Assembly: GCA_009778275.1 (NCBI GenBank)
Contig: WRKC01000102.1
Span: forward strand, 1-40,018
Length of the DNA: 40,018 nt
Source of the DNA: Methanomassiliicoccaceae archaeon
Lineage (GTDB): Archaea > Thermoplasmatota > Thermoplasmata > Methanomassiliicoccales > Methanomethylophilaceae
Direction: 5' to 3'
The notes below the pieces were generated by a model, which searched no databases, was not told where the DNA came from, and saw nothing but the letters and a program-made list of their open reading frames with translations. A program made the position numbers and the translations under genes. This document shows positions 35,756 to 40,018 of the stretch, in pieces. Every line of letters starts with the position of its first letter. Position 1 is the stretch's first letter.

Positions 35756-37013
35756 CGTTCTTTGAGGTACAAATCCTGGCTTCTTTCACACGGCGGCTTT
35801 TCATTGATTTTACTGTTATCCTTGAGCCGCCAAGATCTACTATGTCGCCTCTTTTCGGGATGCCTTCGATCCTCTGCGACATGAATTCGCTTACGGAATG
35901 ACCGTGAAAATCGCCGGCGTCGAATTCCACCCCTATCCTTTTCATCATGTCGGCCATCCCCGCCTCGCCCGGGACAACGAAACTTCCGTCCTTGTCCTCA
36001 TGGATGGGGTATATGGCCTCGTCGCTCTCGTCCCAAATGTCCCCGACGAGCTCTTCAAGGATGTCCTCCATCGTCACGATGCCGAGTGTCTTTCCGAAAT
36101 TGTCCAACACCACCGCCAGATGGATGTGCATCTTCTGGAGGTCGCTGAGGAGGACCGCAATGCTCGTGTTCTCGGGAACGAACTTCACTGGCATTATGAT
36201 GTCCTCTGCGGTGAACTGCTCACCGATTACATATCTTGAAAAGAAATCCTTCATATGGACGGCGCCGATGATACGGTCAACGGACCCTTCAAACACCGGT
36301 ATCCTGGAGTATTCCGACTCCAGAAACAGTTCTTTAAGTTCTTCCGAGCCTGTCTTCACATCGACGACGGTTATGTTAGATCTCGGCGTATACATCTCGG
36401 ATACCTTGATGTCGTCGAACTGCATGGCGGATTTGATCAGTTCTCCCTCGCTCTTTTCGAGTGCGCCCTCCTCCGTTACCTCGTCGATCATCACATGAAG
36501 TTCGTCCTCTGTGAACGACGGGGTCTCGGCGGAATCGTTCTTCGCATTCCTTGCCAGAAAGTTCGCTAGCTTGATGAACGCCCATGTTATCGGTGTAAGG
36601 ATCACCATGACGATGTGCATGGAACCGGCAAGCCACAGGGCATAGCGCTCGGCATTCCTTTTGGCCATGGTCTTGGGGGTAACCTCTGCGAACACCAATA
36701 TCACGGTCGCCGTGAACAGCGTAGCTGTGCCGACGCCCCATGCTACGCCCATCAGATCAGAGAAGAGCATCGTCGCCAATGCGGCGATGGTTATGTTCAC
36801 CACGCTGTTGCCGATGAGAGTGGTTGTCAGAAGTTTGTCGTAGTCCTCGTAGATCCTGACAGCCTTCTCCGCTTTCTTATTGCCTTCATATGCAAGGTTC
36901 TTGACCCTTATCAGGTTCATGCCCGTATAGGCCGTCTCGGAACATGCGAAGTATGCCGAAAGCAGGACGAGAACGACCATCAGCAAGATTATCAGTATCA
37001 GGAACAGATCCAT
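35727..37013 (-). CDS. HlyC/CorC (CNNM) family transporter: DUF21 + CBS pair + CorC domain
   Basis: SAYFACSETA, LIGNSVVN, AEVTPKT, YSRIPVF, GIVTMEDILEELVGDIWDE. Confidence 0.93.
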   Translation of the reverse strand: MDLFLILIILLMVVLVLLSAYFACSETAYTGMNLIRVKNLAYEGNKKAEKAVRIYEDYDKLLTTTLIGNSVVNITIAALATMLFSDLMGVAWGVGTATLFTATVILVFAEVTPKTMAKRNAERYALWLAGSMHIVMVILTPITWAFIKLANFLARNAKNDSAETPSFTEDELHVMIDEVTEEGALEKSEGELIKSAMQFDDIKVSEMYTPRSNITVVDVKTGSEELKELFLESEYSRIPVFEGSVDRIIGAVHMKDFFSRYVIGEQFTAEDIIMPVKFVPENTSIAVLLSDLQKMHIHLAVVLDNFGKTLGIVTMEDILEELVGDIWDESDEAIYPIHEDKDGSFVVPGEAGMADMMKRIGVEFDAGDFHGHSVSEFMSQRIEGIPKRGDIVDLGGSRITVKSMKSRRVKEARICTSKNVKCPDDQEN

Positions 37014-37144
37014 CGGTTACACCGTTCGGGCGAGCCAGATATCACATTCGGCTTCGCCTACGTAGAGTTCTATTCGGAACAAGAATATAAACCTTTATGA
37101 AAGAAATGAAATTGTTTTTAAAGGGTTTGACCGCATCGGTTCGT

Positions 37145-37747
37145 TCAGACGCCCATCGAGCTCTTGACTTCCGGTGAGAGAAGCGCGATGAAGGCGTAGA
37201 CGTACACGAAGAACGAACAGAGGCTGCTGATACCCGCCAGAATAAGCCACAGGTCCCCGGAGAATACCACAAAGAACGCTATGAGCGCCAGGATGGCCAA
37301 TATCAGGGTGAACACGAGCAGTATGACCCAAAGGATCTTGCTGATGACGTTCTTGTTTCCGCCGGCGATCTTGAAGGATACCCACAGGTAAATCAGACCG
37401 ATGATTATCTCAATGATGGCTGAGACTATCCCCGCGCCGATATCGCCGATCATGGCTACAGATATTGCAGTGAATATCGCTCCGAGTATTGTCGCGATAC
37501 CGAGGACCCTAAAGAGTCCGGATAAGATCCCGACCTTGTCGTTGGAGCCTTTGCGCACGTTAAATCCGAAGAACATGATAAGCAGACCGAATATCACGCT
37601 ACCGATCGCACTTACAGCAAAAGCCGCTTTGTCCGCGATACTATCCGAATACGCCACCGCGATTGAAGCGACAGCAACAATTATGCTGATGAGACCCACG
37701 ATGATGAGCGCAAGTCCTACTTTTTTATTGTCGTCAAAGAATGACAT
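37145..37747 (-). CDS. Hypothetical integral membrane protein (~6 TM)
   Basis: Six hydrophobic segments; own AT-rich upstream region. Confidence 0.75.
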   Translation of the reverse strand: MSFFDDNKKVGLALIIVGLISIIVAVASIAVAYSDSIADKAAFAVSAIGSVIFGLLIMFFGFNVRKGSNDKVGILSGLFRVLGIATILGAIFTAISVAMIGDIGAGIVSAIIEIIIGLIYLWVSFKIAGGNKNVISKILWVILLVFTLILAILALIAFFVVFSGDLWLILAGISSLCSFFVYVYAFIALLSPEVKSSMGV

Positions 37748-37983
37748 GGAAAAAGTACCGAATTTATTATATTTAAGTATTTCTTAAAAAATAGAGTGTT
37801 TATTATCTTCTGGGTCTTTTGAAAAGGATTTTTATTGCCTGTTCCGTCGCCGCACGCTCTGCATTAACGGCGTCCGTCCTTTTGTCTTTGAGACCCTCTA
37901 TTAGTTCCTTTATTGTTTTCTTATTTGTATCCTATTTTATTATATATCTGGAAAGCGTAATGCGGGGAAGAGAGTGAAAACCG

Positions 37984-38208
37984 ATGCCGGTTGAGTTCAA
38001 ATACGAAATTGTCGAGAAGATCGCAGTTCTCTCGGAATCATCAAAGGGCTGGACGAAAGAGCTGAACCTGATCAGCTGGAATGACAGGGACCCGAAATAC
38101 GATATCAGAGAATGGTCTCCCGATGGGGAGAAGATGGGAAAGGGCATAACGCTGTCCGACGAAGAGATGGAGATATTGAAAAAAGCTCTTGAGGGCCGAG
38201 ATATCTGA
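37984..38208 (+). CDS. YdbC-family PC4-like ssDNA-binding protein
   Basis: GWTKELNLISWN, KYDIREWSPD, KMGKGITL. Confidence 0.9.
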   Translation: MPVEFKYEIVEKIAVLSESSKGWTKELNLISWNDRDPKYDIREWSPDGEKMGKGITLSDEEMEILKKALEGRDI

Positions 38209-38381
38209 GAACCCCATCCAAACCATTTTAAAATATCACCTTTTGCGGCCGGGTTCAACAGTAACGTTTTTAAACTGAATGATATGTGTAGATACAGGCA
38301 TTCAAATATTGCTCCTAGTCCATCGTTGAAGAGGCAAAGGTAGAGTATTGGGAATACCCAAAGAAAACAGAGGAATAAAAA

Positions 38382-38582
38382 ATGGCCTACGGAAGCGGAG
38401 GATTTAGGGGAGACCGCAGGGATCAACCCAAGGAATATTTTAAGACAAAATGCTCGGACTGCGGTAACGAGTGCGAGGTGCCGTTCAAGCCTACACAGGG
38501 AAGGCCTGTGTACTGCAGGGACTGCTTCAAGAAACACCAGCCCGAGGGAAGGAGCGGCGGCGGGGACAGAAGGAGATTCTGA
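38382..38582 (+). CDS. CxxC-x17-CxxC zinc-ribbon protein
   Basis: CSDCGNECEVPFKPTQGRPVYCRDC with RG-rich ends; GAGG RBS. Confidence 0.9.
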   Translation: MAYGSGGFRGDRRDQPKEYFKTKCSDCGNECEVPFKPTQGRPVYCRDCFKKHQPEGRSGGGDRRRF

Positions 38583-38610
38583 TCTTCCTTCAAACGATTT
38601 ACCCTTTCTT

Positions 38611-38631
38611 AAAGCGCGGTATCCGCGCTTT
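38611..38631. terminator. Perfect hairpin between convergent genes
   Basis: AAAGCGCGG-TAT-CCGCGCTTT. Confidence 0.55.
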
Positions 38632-38643
38632 CAGATCACACCA

Positions 38644-38829
38644 TCATCTCATCTTTTTACGGTTTTCCATCGTTTCGATCATGTTTATTTTGAAGAATAC
38701 GTTTGAGATCGAAAATGTGATGACGAACAGCGAAACGCCTATGATAAGGAGCAGGACCCCCGCCGTCTTGTTGGAAGTGAAATAGATCATCGATCCGGCC
38801 GCGACCGACAACACGCCGACGGCCATCAC
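38644..38829 (-). CDS. Small 2-TM membrane protein (start uncertain)
   Basis: Two hydrophobic helices and a basic tail; the frame extends upstream (EKERRINYIV) without an ATG. Confidence 0.55.
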   Translation of the reverse strand: MMAVGVLSVAAGSMIYFTSNKTAGVLLLIIGVSLFVITFSISNVFFKINMIETMENRKKMR

Positions 38830-39001
38830 GATGTAATTGATCCTTCTCTCTTTTTCATAGACCAGCCAATCACCCGCTGTCTCATCATCATTCCGTCCGG
38901 TGCCTGCAGCCGCCCCCCGGATCTTTCCGCATATCCTGTGTCCACTGCATCATGAACCGCCGCATGCGTACATATGCCCCAGGGGGTGCGTGACCGAGTT
39001 C

Positions 39002-39400
39002 TCAGGCCAGTTTTGTCCCTGCTGCAGGAGATGCGCCCTGCTCGAAGACCGCATCGACCCTGAACACCCAAACGGCCGCCGCCTTGAGTCCGATCGCCGC
39101 AAGCTCTTTGTTCATGGCCTCGTACTCCGGGCCGCTCTCAAGGCGCGCCCTTGCGGTGCAATCGATCTCAAAAGCATCTTTCCCCGCGTTGATCAGGAAT
39201 GCCGCCTTTGAATTCTCCAGAAGGTTCTTTGCCGACACTTTCATCAGCACCTCTCCGACCACCATCGTGTCTGCCGTCGGCGCTGCGATGCTGCCGGCGA
39301 CTATCGCGTGAGGCTTCGCGTCTTTCGATGCCGTCACGAGTATCTTGGTCGTCGTTCGGGCCCTGATCAGCTCCAGTACATTATTGGGAATGTTTGCCAT
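39002..39400 (-). CDS. Pyridoxamine 5'-phosphate oxidase-like FMN-binding protein
   Basis: LVTASKDAKPH, KNLLENSKA, VDAVFEQ..SPAAGTKL split-barrel pattern; GGTGA RBS. Confidence 0.8.
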   Translation of the reverse strand: MANIPNNVLELIRARTTTKILVTASKDAKPHAIVAGSIAAPTADTMVVGEVLMKVSAKNLLENSKAAFLINAGKDAFEIDCTARARLESGPEYEAMNKELAAIGLKAAAVWVFRVDAVFEQGASPAAGTKLA

Positions 39401-39472
39401 TTGCTCACCTGTGTAGAAATCGAACTACGAGTATATTTTAGGAACGGTCCCCCGAACAAAAACCGACGGGCC

Positions 39473-39577
39473 TCACGCTTCTTTGGGTCTTCTGACCCAA
39501 TTGAGTATCGCCATGAACGCTGCGTAACAGGTCACGACCGCGATGGGGAGGAAGAATTCAGATATCTCTGTGGTCAC
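39473..39577 (-). CDS. Putative 34-aa single-TM microprotein (below ORF-track cutoff)
   Basis: GTG-TTEISEFFLPIAVVTCYAAFMAILNWVRRPKEA-TGA, codirectional between the PAS and FMN-binding genes. Confidence 0.45.
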   Translation of the reverse strand: MTTEISEFFLPIAVVTCYAAFMAILNWVRRPKEA

Positions 39578-39601
39578 GAACCCATTATCGCATATCGCTA
39601 T

Positions 39602-39964
39602 TTATTCATTTTTGTCCAGCGAACGTATGCGCTGTATGACTATCTTCAGCTTTCCCTCCTTATAGTAGGGGGCGGGCCTGCATTCGTATCCTTTGTCGAT
39701 ATTCGTGCACTTGAATTTGCGCCCGCGGTGATGAGGACCGCCGAGCGTATGATTCGCGACGCAGCTGTCGCAGCAACATGTGGCCCCGAACAGCTCGTAG
39801 CATTTCGACCCGACGGCATCCTCAAGGGAAATGCCTAGGTTGCGCTGTGCGGCACGGTTCATCCATATCACATTCCTGTCGGAATCGTTGATGATGAGCA
39901 TTTCGTCTACCTCGTCCATTATTATGTTGAGAAGATTCTCCGCCGAAACGCCGTCGATGCCCAT
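39602..39964 (-). CDS. Stand-alone PAS-domain protein, Cys-rich
   Basis: IIMDEVDEMLIINDSDRNVIWMNRAA...GSKCYELFG...CCDSC...VIQRIR. Confidence 0.8.
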   Translation of the reverse strand: MGIDGVSAENLLNIIMDEVDEMLIINDSDRNVIWMNRAAQRNLGISLEDAVGSKCYELFGATCCCDSCVANHTLGGPHHRGRKFKCTNIDKGYECRPAPYYKEGKLKIVIQRIRSLDKNE

Positions 39965-40018
39965 GATGAAAATATATCATTCCATGCATTAATAACATTA
40001 ATGTCCGTCAAACACCTC

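Noticed and set aside
38860-38895. Box C/D sRNA starting at minus-strand ATGATGA
   Set aside because: No properly spaced CTGA D box found.

Overview
Archaeal chromosomal window, most consistent with a Methanomassiliicoccales methanogen (inference). It has archaeal Cdc6/Orc1, RFC-small and UPF0201 genes alongside class-I CysRS, fhs and a Sel1-repeat expansion, and none of about 39 other called genes ends in TAG. The left third is housekeeping and metabolism: cysS, radical SAM, tRNA thiolase, cdc6, NIF3, paaK/MFS, rfcS, nitroreductase, merR-SDR, four Sel1 genes and fhs. The main find is a tightly coupled five-gene operon at 17925-26669: Hsp70-vWA fusion, a 1006-aa HPD-less J-like/zinc-ribbon/FnIII-like protein, a zinc-ribbon TRAFAC GTPase, a GrpE-like factor and a second lidless Hsp70. 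A membrane-anchored paralogous GTPase lies 2.3 kb downstream, so this looks like a dedicated chaperone plus double-GTPase conflict or surveillance system in an archaeon. Also notable are a MerR regulator with an in-frame amber codon (candidate pyrrolysine readthrough) and two orphan contractile-injection-type tail-tube genes. The right part holds a surface beta-propeller protein, tRNA-Ile(GAT) and small housekeeping genes. All family calls come from reading motifs by eye; no database searches were run.
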